A DNA stretch of 64,000 bases from a virus (taxonomy: Duplodnaviria > Heunggongvirae > Uroviricota > Caudoviricetes), in the IMG/VR virus record IMGVR_UViG_3300029742_000285, positions 1,475 to 65,474 of that record; one strand, 5' to 3'. This document shows, one piece after another, positions 39,123 to 48,312 of the stretch. Position 1 is the stretch's first letter; each line of letters opens with the position of its first letter. The position numbers were made by a program, and so were the translations under genes. The notes beneath the pieces are model-generated. The model was not told the DNA's origin. It worked only from the letters and a program-made list of their open reading frames with translations, and did no database searches.

Positions 39123-39294
39123 TTTTCTCCTTTCGTTTTTGAATGTTTTTCAGCCGTTCCTTTTCACGGCTGTGCCAGCGGATTTCCCGCTTTCCGTAGT
39201 ATTTACCATTCATAAGTCAGTTCTCCTGCTGCAAGCATCCTCGACACCTCGCCATAATGCTTGCCCATTTTATCAGCAAGCGCTTGAACTTGCC

Positions 39295-39714
39295 CTACGG
39301 ATGGAATCTTTTTTCTTCCAACGCTTTCTTATTCAGATTTCGTTCTTTCCTCATTTTTTGATTTTCTGCAATGCTTGCAAAAGAAGCGTCTCTTGCACAT
39401 TCTTTATGATACTTTTGCGCCGCAGACATTTTAATCATTGGCTTACCGCACCATTGGCACACGGTTTTTACTGGAGTGAACCCACGTCCTGAACTCAATG
39501 CTTTACGTCTCGCGCGCTTTTGCTCACACGAGACATCTCTTTTACATTGTGTGCAATATTTTTTGCGTGGGTTTACCCTACCCAAAAAAGCTCCGCAGCG
39601 CTCGCAATATTTAATCTCCATCTTCATTCGGTTTACCTGCCTTTTTGGCTTCCCGATTGTGACGTTCAAAGCACTGATTGATAAATTTCTCCATCCACAA
39701 TACCTTGTTGGCAT
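39295..39714 (-). CDS. Zinc-finger-rich basic protein
   Basis: Four CxxC pairs. Confidence 0.3.
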   Translation of the reverse strand: MPTRYCGWRNLSISALNVTIGKPKRQVNRMKMEIKYCERCGAFLGRVNPRKKYCTQCKRDVSCEQKRARRKALSSGRGFTPVKTVCQWCGKPMIKMSAAQKYHKECARDASFASIAENQKMRKERNLNKKALEEKRFHP

Positions 39715-39786
39715 CGTTTCTTGACACGCCCGCTGCCATCTCCAGTTTCAACCGCCGCTTCCGACTCGGTGCTTTGTAAAAATACG

Positions 39787-40170
39787 TCACCAACACTCAC
39801 CAGCCTTTTTGGTGATGAAAGCGGGCACGTTCCTGCCGGTAGCCCGGCACAGGCAGACACACTTGGCGATCCAAATGTTCCAATCCGGCGTATAAAATGC
39901 GCAATCGGATTTCTTTGATTCTGCTTCTTCATACGCTCTAATGTAAGCTACGGTATAACCATCTGAGCCAAACCACTCAATGCTATACCCGTCCAAACAC
40001 AATCGGCTCATAATGCGCATTGCTAAGTGCTGCGCTTCCATGATTTCCGCTTCTGTCCACTTCAGCTTGTCCGCTTCATAAGCCTTGACCGCTTCGTCAA
40101 TGGCGTGGTGCGCTTCGTCTGGGTGTTTAAGGTCTACCTTTAAGGTGATGATCTGTTCCATGCTACTCAT
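39787..40170 (-). CDS. Hypothetical protein
   Basis: 127-aa ORF, first gene after cro. Confidence 0.3.
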   Translation of the reverse strand: MSSMEQIITLKVDLKHPDEAHHAIDEAVKAYEADKLKWTEAEIMEAQHLAMRIMSRLCLDGYSIEWFGSDGYTVAYIRAYEEAESKKSDCAFYTPDWNIWIAKCVCLCRATGRNVPAFITKKAGECW

Positions 40171-40364
40171 TTTCCCTCTCTTTCCTTCAACAGCTCTTCT
40201 AGAGCTTCTTTTACCTTAGCTTCCGCATTTTTAGGCTCACGCTTACCGTTCAGGATTTTTCCCAAGTATTCCGGTGCGCATCCAATTTTTGCAGCAAGCT
40301 CTCTGATTTCGATGCTGTTAACGTGAAGCGTTCCAACAACATCGCCTGTCCACTTAGGAAGCAA
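40167..40364 (-). CDS. Cro-like HTH regulator
   Basis: 65 aa. Helix-turn-helix segment IRELAAKIGCAPEYLGKILNG. Divergent from the repressor gene. Confidence 0.5.
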   Translation of the reverse strand: MLPKWTGDVVGTLHVNSIEIRELAAKIGCAPEYLGKILNGKREPKNAEAKVKEALEELLKEREGK

Positions 40365-40594
40365 ATTTTTTCTCCTTTCTTGTTCTAGTACTTGAACTTT
40401 TTGAAAGAATATGATAATATTATGGTGTCAAGCAAAAACATTATCGAACGTTCTTCTATTTGTTCAAAGCCTTTAATTTGTTCTACCGATTGAACCCGGT
40501 AGCCTTATTAAAGCACAAGTAGTAGAACTTTTCAAGTGTTTTTGTTCAAGTGGTAGAACTTTGTCATCTTGTACAAACACTGGAGGTATGTTTT

Positions 40595-40930
40595 GTGTTT
40601 TTTGACAATTTCGTAAGGCTATGTGAGCAAAAGGGAGTAAAGCCGTCTCGTGCTTTGACTGAAGCTGGCGTTCCGAAATCTGCTTATAGCTATTGGAGAG
40701 CCGAAGCAGGTTCAGGGAACGATGCAAAGCCGACCAATCAAAATGCCGTTAAGCTGGCACAGTATTTCAATGTTACGGTCGACTACCTTCTTACTGGCAT
40801 CCAAAAAGAAAACCCGTCCCAGCAGCCGCAAAGTGAAGTCGATGCAGCAGTGGAGCGGATTAGAAGAAAACTTGAATCCATGCCGAAGGAGCAGCGTGAA
40901 GCTCTGATGAACCTGATCGAGAAGATGTAA
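40595..40930 (+). CDS. CI-like XRE-family repressor
   Basis: GTG start with GGAGG 9 nt upstream. An alternative GTG lies at 40550. Helix-turn-helix segment ALTEAGVPKSAYSYWR. Confidence 0.5.
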   Translation: MFFDNFVRLCEQKGVKPSRALTEAGVPKSAYSYWRAEAGSGNDAKPTNQNAVKLAQYFNVTVDYLLTGIQKENPSQQPQSEVDAAVERIRRKLESMPKEQREALMNLIEKM

Positions 40931-41274
40931 CGTTCATGCCCGGTAAAATAAAAAGAATCCCTTGTGCCGGGCTGGTGTAGCTCTGCGCAAGGGATTTTCT
41001 GTTAATCTAGGTCTAGTGCTTGCTCTGCTGCTGGAATCTTTTCAGGGTGTTCTAGCAGCCATGCAATAAATCTGTCAATCTTGGCTCTTTCTTGTTCACT
41101 CATTGTGGCATATCCTCCCGATTGGCAATCTCTGATGTTCATTTGATATTATTATACATCTTTCAGTTGTGTAGTCAATACCATTTTAACAACTTTCGCG
41201 CTTTTTTAGTTTTTTTCGGGGAAGCCACGAGTGTTCAAGTCAAAAGGGACAACGCCTATCCATCTTTCCTCCAA

Positions 41275-41478
41275 TCACAGCTCTACGAGCTGACCGTCAA
41301 TGCGTTCGATATTGTCTGCCGGGTCGCGCCCATCGTCTAAAGCGGCTACGGCGCGTTCAAGAACGTTTTTTGCTTCTTCATAAGCAAACTTATCAGCATC
41401 GTTGTTCGCAAGGTTGTAGACCAGCTTTAAGGCGGTCTGGCGGGCATATGGAATGAGCATGGTGTCAATCTGATTCAT
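41275..41478 (-). CDS. Hypothetical small protein
   Basis: 67-aa ORF. Confidence 0.25.
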   Translation of the reverse strand: MNQIDTMLIPYARQTALKLVYNLANNDADKFAYEEAKNVLERAVAALDDGRDPADNIERIDGQLVEL

Positions 41479-41696
41479 ACACTAACCCTCCCATGGTTTC
41501 GGCGTTTTGTTTTCGTTCGGTTCAGATGCGGGCATTCCATCAATGATAATCATGTTGTTACCTCCTGTTTTGATTGTTTTTTTCGATGGTACAGTTATAA
41601 CACAGGCTGCTGTTGGTTCTCCATAGCAGCTTTTTCCATTTTTTGGCTTGTCGAATCCGGCAGTTTTGCTGGATTTTGTTGAAAGGGTGAGGATTT

Positions 41697-42290
41697 ATGG
41701 ATGAATATTTAGTAAGAACAGCCAAAGCATTGGAGATAGCTCGAATGCGTTCCGGCTTGAGCCAGCAGAAATTGGCGGCAAAAATTGGCGTGAATCGTGG
41801 CACGATAGCAAATTGGGAGCAAGGTCTGGCAGCCATTTCCCTTCCGATGGCTATGCGCTGGTTCACCTGCTGCGGCGTATCGGCGGATCGATACATGGAC
41901 GCTTGCATTCACCCAGGGCTGCTGGAACACCTGGAAGAAGACCTTTCCGATCTGGAGAAACGGCGGATTCTCATAGATGCTATGATGGAGTGCTCCTCCT
42001 ATGAGATAGACGCCTTGTTGTACATCCGGTACGGAGATCACGGCTCAGACCACATCGGCGTATTGACGGAGATTCTGGCAAACCTCCACACGCCGTTGAA
42101 GGACAGGGTCGCTGTCTGCCGGATGGCATCCGGTAACTATGAGATGGCACAGGCTACCGGAACAGACCCAGACCCGAACGGTACCGCCCCAAAGATGGAA
42201 ATTCTCTATCAGGCACAGGACGCTGGAACAGAAGCAGCCATGAAGTCCAACGATTCCTATACCGTTAATCCAAATAATATAACTGGTTGA
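41697..42290 (+). CDS. XRE-family HTH regulator with C-terminal extension (second repressor-like protein)
   Basis: N-terminal HTH (LSQQKLAAKIGVNRGTIANWEQG). 197 aa. Confidence 0.45.
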   Translation: MDEYLVRTAKALEIARMRSGLSQQKLAAKIGVNRGTIANWEQGLAAISLPMAMRWFTCCGVSADRYMDACIHPGLLEHLEEDLSDLEKRRILIDAMMECSSYEIDALLYIRYGDHGSDHIGVLTEILANLHTPLKDRVAVCRMASGNYEMAQATGTDPDPNGTAPKMEILYQAQDAGTEAAMKSNDSYTVNPNNITG

Positions 42291-42335
42291 TTGTCGAATT
42301 ATCGCAGTTTTTGAAGAACATTCTGTCCACATTCA

Positions 42336-42526
42336 TCCACTTTTTGTACACCTATCGGGCAAAATTGCCTTGTCATTTCGTCCCCCATAGGCTGTAAATC
42401 GACAACATTCGTGCGGAATAAATAACGAATTAGCGTTAATATACTGTTTGTGATTGAGTGGCTTGTCAATCCGTCCCCCATCGTGCAGATTAGGTATACC
42501 TTTCCATCCACTTTTTGTACACCTAT
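42336..42526. repeat. Origin-associated repeats: two identical 21-bp direct repeats TCCACTTTTTGTACACCTATC, two inverted RepA iterons (GTCAWTYCGTCCCCCAT) and one DnaA-box-like site CTATCCACA
   Basis: Direct repeats at 42336-42356 and 42506-42526. Inverted iterons at about 42362-42380 and 42463-42481. DnaA-like box at 42523-42531. Confidence 0.5.
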
Positions 42527-42723
42527 CCACAGTCCGTCCACGTTTGGTATAGCTAATGGAAAGTCACTTCATCACCGGTACAGTCCTATTCAGCAAGCGA
42601 CAACTTGAGTTATCAACAAACTGGAATGGAAAAATAAAGAAATTGTTGAAAATTATCGTCATCGACTATTTAACGATGATATTTAACCTCTTGTTTATTT
42701 CTTGTTTAATATATAATATGTAG

Positions 42724-42835
42724 ACGGGGGACGAAATGACAAAGCATGGGGGACGTTTTGACAAGTCATGGGGGACAAAATGACGAGGATATGGGGGACA
42801 AAAAGACAAGTCACGGGGGACGAAAACGGTTGACA
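42724..42835 (+). repeat. Five tandem 22-bp iterons A(T/C)GGGGGAC(R)AAATGACAAGYC abutting the repA promoter
   Basis: Copies at 42724, 42746, 42768, 42791 and 42813. Preceded by an AT-rich stretch at 42600-42720. Confidence 0.6.
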
Positions 42836-42858
42836 CGTCCCCCTACTTGTGATATACT
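42830..42858 (+). promoter_or_regulatory. Sigma70 promoter TTGACA-17-TATACT for repA. Overlaps the last iteron.
   Basis: TTGACAcgtccccctacttgtgaTATACT. Confidence 0.5.
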
Positions 42859-42887
42859 GTTTTCAGACCATTAAAGGAAGTGAGCAG

Positions 42888-43964
42888 ATGCCAAAAATAT
42901 CAGACAACAACCTTGTCGAGAAAAGCAAATCCCTTGTTTGGGCGAAGTTCAGGGACTACACCGCAGGAGAACTTCGGTTGTTGGAGGTTTACCTATCAAG
43001 AATAAATCCGAGAGACCCTAACAGTAGCCGTGTGGAGTTCACTTTGGCAGAGTATAGAGACCTGCTCGGACTGAAAAGCCTTGACGCTAGGAGGATTGAG
43101 CCGCAGATCAAGCACTTTTTAGGCAATACGGTTTCGATTCCTATTGACAAGGAGAAAGGAACATTTGAAAGCTTTGTCCTATTCACGAGGGCAAAACTGG
43201 ACTATGTACCAGAAACAAGGTCTTACGTTGTGGCAATCACCTGCAACCCAGACCTTCGTTCTATCTTCTTTGACATCGCAGAAAGCGGCTATGTCCGGTA
43301 TCGGCTACGTTACACGTCACGGATGAAGTCGCAGTACAGCATCTTGCTCTATTCGATTCTTCGGGACTGGATGAACATGGACAGCAAACCGCATGAAATC
43401 AGTCTGAAGAAGTTGAGGGAACAGCTCGGTGCAACGGAAGCCAGCTACGATGTTTACAAGAACCTTCGCAAGCGAGTGCTTGACGTTGCGGTGGACGAAA
43501 TCAATGCTGTGTCTGACATTGTTGTGACTTACGAGCCAGTCCTTGTAGCGCGAAAAGCTGTGGCAGTCAAGTTTAAGCCAAAAATTAAAGCGTCTGAGAC
43601 GTTGATTGAAGCACAGGCAAGCGAAGTGTTGACCGAACCTCAAAAAGTCGTCAAAAAGCCCCGTAGAAGCGGATACGATGATTTTGACTGGTCTATGTGT
43701 GACGAACTAGAAAAGCAGGACTGCATTGATGTGGCGAAGGTAGTTGAGAAGTGGATGAAGAAAGAGCATCCTGAAATCAAGCTGCCAAGACGCAGAGAAG
43801 CGGTTTACGACACGGTGAAGGCGGCGTATAAGGACATTTTGTCTTTGGATAGGTCTCCGTTCCCGGACAGACCTGTTGGCTATCTGATTAGAAGCGTGGA
43901 CAAGGCGGGTATCGTAGACAGGTATATGCCAGCGTTCTATTCCATCGAAGCGTTGCAAAAGTAG
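42888..43964 (+). CDS. repA: Plasmid-type replication initiator (Rep_3 / RepA-like)
   Basis: N-terminal SLVWAKFRDYTAGELRLLEVYLSRINP motif typical of Rep_3 initiators. Iterons directly upstream. RBS AAAGGAAGTGAGCAG ATG. Confidence 0.65.
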   Translation: MPKISDNNLVEKSKSLVWAKFRDYTAGELRLLEVYLSRINPRDPNSSRVEFTLAEYRDLLGLKSLDARRIEPQIKHFLGNTVSIPIDKEKGTFESFVLFTRAKLDYVPETRSYVVAITCNPDLRSIFFDIAESGYVRYRLRYTSRMKSQYSILLYSILRDWMNMDSKPHEISLKKLREQLGATEASYDVYKNLRKRVLDVAVDEINAVSDIVVTYEPVLVARKAVAVKFKPKIKASETLIEAQASEVLTEPQKVVKKPRRSGYDDFDWSMCDELEKQDCIDVAKVVEKWMKKEHPEIKLPRRREAVYDTVKAAYKDILSLDRSPFPDRPVGYLIRSVDKAGIVDRYMPAFYSIEALQK

Positions 43965-44000
43965 TCAGATTATTCAGATAAAGTAGAAAGGAGAAAGAGT

Positions 44001-44282
44001 ATGATTCCGATGTTTCCGAAAGGCTTTGACAAAGACAAGTGGTACATGACTAAAGATGTTATGCCGGATAAAAGCCTAGAAGGATGGCCGCATGGGCTTT
44101 TACTTCGTATCGAAGATGAGAAAACAGGAGAAGAAAGTTTCATAACCGGCGAGTACGATACAATCAACGACAAATGGTTTGATTCCGATAGTAATGAAAT
44201 CAAAGGAACTGTAATTGCATGGCACGTCACGCCTGTGTTGTGGGTCGGAGACGAAATAAAAGCAGCATATCCGTTCTACTGA
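44001..44282 (+). CDS. Hypothetical protein (93 aa)
   Basis: RBS AGAAAGGAGAAAGAGT ATG. Confidence 0.3.
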   Translation: MIPMFPKGFDKDKWYMTKDVMPDKSLEGWPHGLLLRIEDEKTGEESFITGEYDTINDKWFDSDSNEIKGTVIAWHVTPVLWVGDEIKAAYPFY

Positions 44283-44299
44283 AAAGAAAGAGTGATAAA

Positions 44300-45067
44300 A
44301 TGGCAAAAATCATAGCTGTCGCTAACCAGAAGGGCGGCACAGGAAAGACCACCACAAGCACCTGTTTGGCTGGTGCGTTGCAGTTGCTTGGCAAGAAAGT
44401 CCTGCTGGTGGACTGCGATGCCCAGTGCAATGCAACGGACACCTACGGTGCACAGACAGAGAATGTTTGTACCCTGTTTGACGTGATGACCCGGCAAGGC
44501 ACGGTAGAGGAAGGAATCCAGCACTGTGAAGCCGGTGACATTCTTCCGTCTGACAGCGCATTGAAGGACATTGACGAGCAGCTTGTCCGGGACATGGGTA
44601 AGAACTTCCGACTGCGAGAAGCCCTTGAAAGTGTATCCGAGCAGTACGATTACATTGTACTGGACACTCCCCCGCAGCTCGGCCTTGCGCTTGTGAACGC
44701 ACTGATCGCCGCCAACAGCATTATCGTACCTATCACAGCAGACCGTTACGCACTGGCTGGTTTGAGCCAGCTTTCACAGACCATCGGTGATGTTCGTAGA
44801 TATTTCAACCCAACTTTGAAGATTGAAGGTCTGCTTCTGAACCAGTACAAAAGCAGGGAGAACCTGTCCAAAGAGGTTGTGGAGCAGCTTCCTGTGATTG
44901 CACAGAGCATGGGCACAACCCTGTTGGACGTGAAGATTAGACCGTCTATGGGCGTTCGTAAGGCTCAGGCAGAGCGTCACAGCCTGTTTAGCGGTGACAC
45001 GGCAAAGAGTACCAGTGCAGAGGATTTCAAAGCGTTGGCGAAGATGATTGTAGAGGGGGATGTGTAG
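44300..45067 (+). CDS. parA: ParA/Soj-family partition ATPase
   Basis: Deviant Walker A KGGTGKTTTS. About 255 aa. Confidence 0.8.
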   Translation: MAKIIAVANQKGGTGKTTTSTCLAGALQLLGKKVLLVDCDAQCNATDTYGAQTENVCTLFDVMTRQGTVEEGIQHCEAGDILPSDSALKDIDEQLVRDMGKNFRLREALESVSEQYDYIVLDTPPQLGLALVNALIAANSIIVPITADRYALAGLSQLSQTIGDVRRYFNPTLKIEGLLLNQYKSRENLSKEVVEQLPVIAQSMGTTLLDVKIRPSMGVRKAQAERHSLFSGDTAKSTSAEDFKALAKMIVEGDV

Positions 45068-45324
45068 TGAATGTAGTTAGATATAAAGAGCTGGAAAAAG
45101 CCGAGTTTGAATTGCAAAGCAAATTCAGCTCGAAAGATGTTATGTTTTTCCGCCGAGGGGATGGAATAGACAATCCGATTTATTATGTTGTTTCGCAAAG
45201 ACATTGTGGGGCGTTAAGTCCCGAAGAAGCCATAAAAGCCGGAAAAGTTTTGATTGAAGCTGGAAATGCGGCGAAATCTTTTCGGTACAACGGGTATTTT
45301 ATTGATTGGAGTGACACACAGTGA
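45067..45324 (+). CDS. Hypothetical protein (85 aa, GTG start overlapping parA stop)
   Basis: Translational coupling GTGTAGTGA. Confidence 0.3.
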   Translation: MNVVRYKELEKAEFELQSKFSSKDVMFFRRGDGIDNPIYYVVSQRHCGALSPEEAIKAGKVLIEAGNAAKSFRYNGYFIDWSDTQ

Positions 45325-45893
45325 AAAAGTCCAGCAAAAAAACATCCGGCTTGTTGGGCGGGTTTGACTTCCAGCCTATTTCTTCGGGGCGGGCATTAAG
45401 CCAAAGTGAGCCAAAGGAAGAAGAAGTAAGCCAAGCAAAGCCGAACGAAGCCGAACAAGCACAGATTAAGCCTAGTGAAGCCACAGACAGCCATACGCAG
45501 CCTAATGAAGCAATATTAAGCGATATTAAGCCGAAGCAAGCCAAAGACAGCGAAACACAGCCAAGCAATGCCATAGTAAGCGAAAGTAAGCCAAAGAAGC
45601 TGAAACAGGCGAAGGAAGTTCAACGTCTTATCGAACAAGGCGATGTTCCCGGCGCACTAGCCGAAGCTAGCTTGACAAAGAAAAAAATCCCGATGCCGGA
45701 ATCGCATCAGGGCGTTGCAAGTGGTGATGGCAAGCGTTCCAAGCGCATTACCATCCTTATGAGCGAGGAAGAGCGCAAGTACATCAACCGTGAAGCCAGA
45801 CGGCACGGAATGACGATTGGGCAGTTCGTGTACGCTCTTGCGGTTGCGGCGGCAGAAGGAAAGATTGAATTGGAGGATTTCTTAGATGAATGA
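45321..45893 (+). CDS. Ribbon-helix-helix (ParG/omega-like) protein. Long Pro/Lys/Glu-rich repetitive N-terminal region. The functional protein may be the C-terminal ~65 aa.
   Basis: C-terminal KRITILMSEEERKYINREARRHGMTIGQFV. DNA of the N-terminal part carries TAAGCC(A/G)AAG repeats. Confidence 0.4.
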   Translation: MKKSSKKTSGLLGGFDFQPISSGRALSQSEPKEEEVSQAKPNEAEQAQIKPSEATDSHTQPNEAILSDIKPKQAKDSETQPSNAIVSESKPKKLKQAKEVQRLIEQGDVPGALAEASLTKKKIPMPESHQGVASGDGKRSKRITILMSEEERKYINREARRHGMTIGQFVYALAVAAAEGKIELEDFLDE

Positions 45894-46281
45894 CGTATGG
45901 ATTGACATTGGGCAGAAATATGAAGCAATGGCAAATATGGGATGCAAGCCTTATGGCTTCAAGCGGGTTCCATCAAATTTTGTGTTTGACGAAGACAAGT
46001 CGGTAAAGTGGAACAAAGAGCAAGCGCAAAAGAATAACGATGATTACGACAATGAAGTTAAGCGGCTGAATCAAGAGAAAATGAAGCGTAGGGATGAAAT
46101 CTACGCAGAGATTTATAAGACAATTCAAGAAGAAGTCGGTTTTGGGATTTCAGAAAAGAAAGCGGAAAAAATTTGGGAGTACGCTTACGATAGAGGGCAT
46201 TCAGCAGGATGGTATGAAATAATCGTAAATTTGGAAGAAATTGAAGAATTTGCAAAGTTCATATTGGATAAAAAGAACTGA
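45886..46281 (+). CDS. Hypothetical protein (131 aa), first gene of an AT-rich 3-gene cassette
   Basis: ATG overlaps the RHH stop (ATGAATGA). Confidence 0.35.
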   Translation: MNDVWIDIGQKYEAMANMGCKPYGFKRVPSNFVFDEDKSVKWNKEQAQKNNDDYDNEVKRLNQEKMKRRDEIYAEIYKTIQEEVGFGISEKKAEKIWEYAYDRGHSAGWYEIIVNLEEIEEFAKFILDKKN

Positions 46282-46298
46282 GTTGGAGGATTTATTGG

Positions 46299-47180
46299 AT
46301 GAACGATAGTGAACGACACCTTATTCGATTTGTTTGCGATGGCGATATGCGAAACGCGCAAAAAGCCGTTAAAATCATTTTGAATTCTATATCATCCAAA
46401 AAAGATGAGCAGTTCAAGGAAAATATGTTTCGCAAGTTGGAAAGCAAAAGAGAATTTATTGAATTGCCATATAACTTACAGCATCTTTTGATCGCAGAGG
46501 ATACAGAAGAATTTCCAGAAGCAAGATTCCTTCTTAGGAACGAAGAAAAAAGTATAACGCAGAAAATCGTTGCTATTTATCGAGCATCTGAAAAATTGAA
46601 CGAAATGGGCATTCCTTATTTGCCAGCATTGATGCTTTATGGGCAAAGTGGATGCGGGAAAACCATGCTGGCTAGGTATATCGCGCATAAAGCAAAACTT
46701 CCGTTTTTGAGGATTCAATTTTCAAGTCTAGTTGATTCGCACTTGGGGCAAACACAATCTAACCTTGCAAGAATTTTTGATTATGTGAGAACTGCTCCTT
46801 GCGTTCTTTGTTTTGATGAAATAGATGCAGTTGGAATGGCTCGTGGGCAAAAAGATGACGTTGGGGAAATGAACCGTGTGGTTATCGCGATTATGCAGGA
46901 AATGGATAGATTGCCGAACAATGTAATTATTATTGGAACGGCAAACCGATTTGATAGGCTCGACCCTGCGCTTATAAGAAGATTTCCGTTGCAATACGAA
47001 TTAAAGCCGTTGTGCCGTGCGGATGCAGAAATACTTTCTAAAAGGTTCTTTGAATATGCAGGAGCACAATATGAAAACATAGCTTATGAAGATTACGTCC
47101 CAGCATCTACGGTTATCAAAGAATGTACAGAACGAATTGTAAATCAAGTTCTGAATCAAGAGGATTTCTTGGAGGATTGA
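46299..47180 (+). CDS. Classic-clade AAA+ ATPase with about 100-aa N-terminal domain of unknown function
   Basis: Walker A LYGQSGCGKTMLA, Walker B CVLCFDEIDAV, sensor/arginine-finger region TANRFDRLDPALIRRF. Confidence 0.7.
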   Translation: MNDSERHLIRFVCDGDMRNAQKAVKIILNSISSKKDEQFKENMFRKLESKREFIELPYNLQHLLIAEDTEEFPEARFLLRNEEKSITQKIVAIYRASEKLNEMGIPYLPALMLYGQSGCGKTMLARYIAHKAKLPFLRIQFSSLVDSHLGQTQSNLARIFDYVRTAPCVLCFDEIDAVGMARGQKDDVGEMNRVVIAIMQEMDRLPNNVIIIGTANRFDRLDPALIRRFPLQYELKPLCRADAEILSKRFFEYAGAQYENIAYEDYVPASTVIKECTERIVNQVLNQEDFLED

Positions 47181-47183
47181 CGA

Positions 47184-47462
47184 ATGGGCGTAACCATCAA
47201 ATGCAAAAAGACTGGGCGTGAAATGGATGTGGGCTATTTCGGGTTTTTCAAGTTGAGAACGAAGGTTGCAGAACTTGTTGGTTCGGAAGTCGGAGAGCAC
47301 TATAAAAAACTTGATGACATTCTCGACATACCATCTCCCGAAAAAGAACACGTTCTAGAATCATACAATGACGAAACAGAGCGATTGGTTGAAAGCAAAA
47401 TGCTTCCGATTAAAATTGCAGATTTCCTTTATCAATCGGACTGTGACGGAAAAATCCGATAA
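47184..47462 (+). CDS. Hypothetical protein (92 aa)
   Basis: Starts 3 nt after the AAA+ stop. Confidence 0.35.
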   Translation: MGVTIKCKKTGREMDVGYFGFFKLRTKVAELVGSEVGEHYKKLDDILDIPSPEKEHVLESYNDETERLVESKMLPIKIADFLYQSDCDGKIR

Positions 47463-47620
47463 GGTGCCTGCAAGGAAATCTTAAAAGTTATAGGTGATTA
47501 TGACGATAGCATTATTTGCGGATATGCTGGTAGAGAAAACCCCGCAAAGCTCAAAGACTTCAAAGAAATCCTTCAAGATTGTGTAGGCAATAAGTGCTTT
47601 ATGATTTGGAGATAACAATA

Positions 47621-47660
47621 AACCCCTGTGTAGTCACAATGACCGCACAGGGGTTCTGTT
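47621..47660. terminator. Bidirectional rho-independent terminator at the junction between elements A and B
   Basis: ACCCCTGTG-15nt-CACAGGGGT hairpin flanked by AATAAA (5') and TCTGTTTTA (3'). Confidence 0.5.
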
Positions 47661-48299
47661 TTACTTATCAGCAATGCAATCCCAGTAGAGATACGCCTTG
47701 CCATCTGCAGCATCTGCGTCTTCAAGGAACGCCTTTGCCATGTCAGCGTAGAAGCCCGAAGTGTCAACGGACTGACGCTTTGCCACCTGACAATAATCCG
47801 AGTACATCATGTTCATAACAGCCCAGAAATCGTTCGGGTCACAGGTGATATTGCGCTGTTTCGCAACGTCCTGCGTCTGTTCCAACGTCCAGTGACAGCC
47901 CTTTGTGCCGTCAGCGTTGACCATGCTGTCACACCATTCCTCTGCTTCATCGTGGGTGAGGTGCTGGCGTGGCATCCTGATTGAGCGGCTGTCTGCGCCG
48001 CCACGTTCGTACTGTCCAGACCGCTTGTCCCAGTCTCCGTTCTGCGAGAAGCCGATTTGCGGCATCTTGCGCCCATACTCTACGTCAGGGTAGCGGGGGA
48101 TAGGGTAAGGGTCGATGTAGCGGTTTTCCTCCTGCGGATAGTAGGGATAGCGGTCGTTGCCGCCTTCCAGCTTGCGCAGACGGCGTTCCATCTCACGCTC
48201 CCTGCGGTCACGCTCTTCCTCAAGGCGGTCACGCTCCGGCTCACGGTCTTTGTCGTGGTCGCGGAGCATCATCATGCGGCGAAAATTGTTCTTGCCCAT
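47661..48299 (-). CDS. Hypothetical protein with charged RD/RE-rich N-terminus, YPYYPQ segment and Cys-containing C-terminal domain
   Basis: 212-aa ORF, RBS AAGGAGGTATAG upstream. Confidence 0.35.
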   Translation of the reverse strand: MGKNNFRRMMMLRDHDKDREPERDRLEEERDRREREMERRLRKLEGGNDRYPYYPQEENRYIDPYPIPRYPDVEYGRKMPQIGFSQNGDWDKRSGQYERGGADSRSIRMPRQHLTHDEAEEWCDSMVNADGTKGCHWTLEQTQDVAKQRNITCDPNDFWAVMNMMYSDYCQVAKRQSVDTSGFYADMAKAFLEDADAADGKAYLYWDCIADK

Positions 48300-48312
48300 A
48301 ATCTATACCTCC

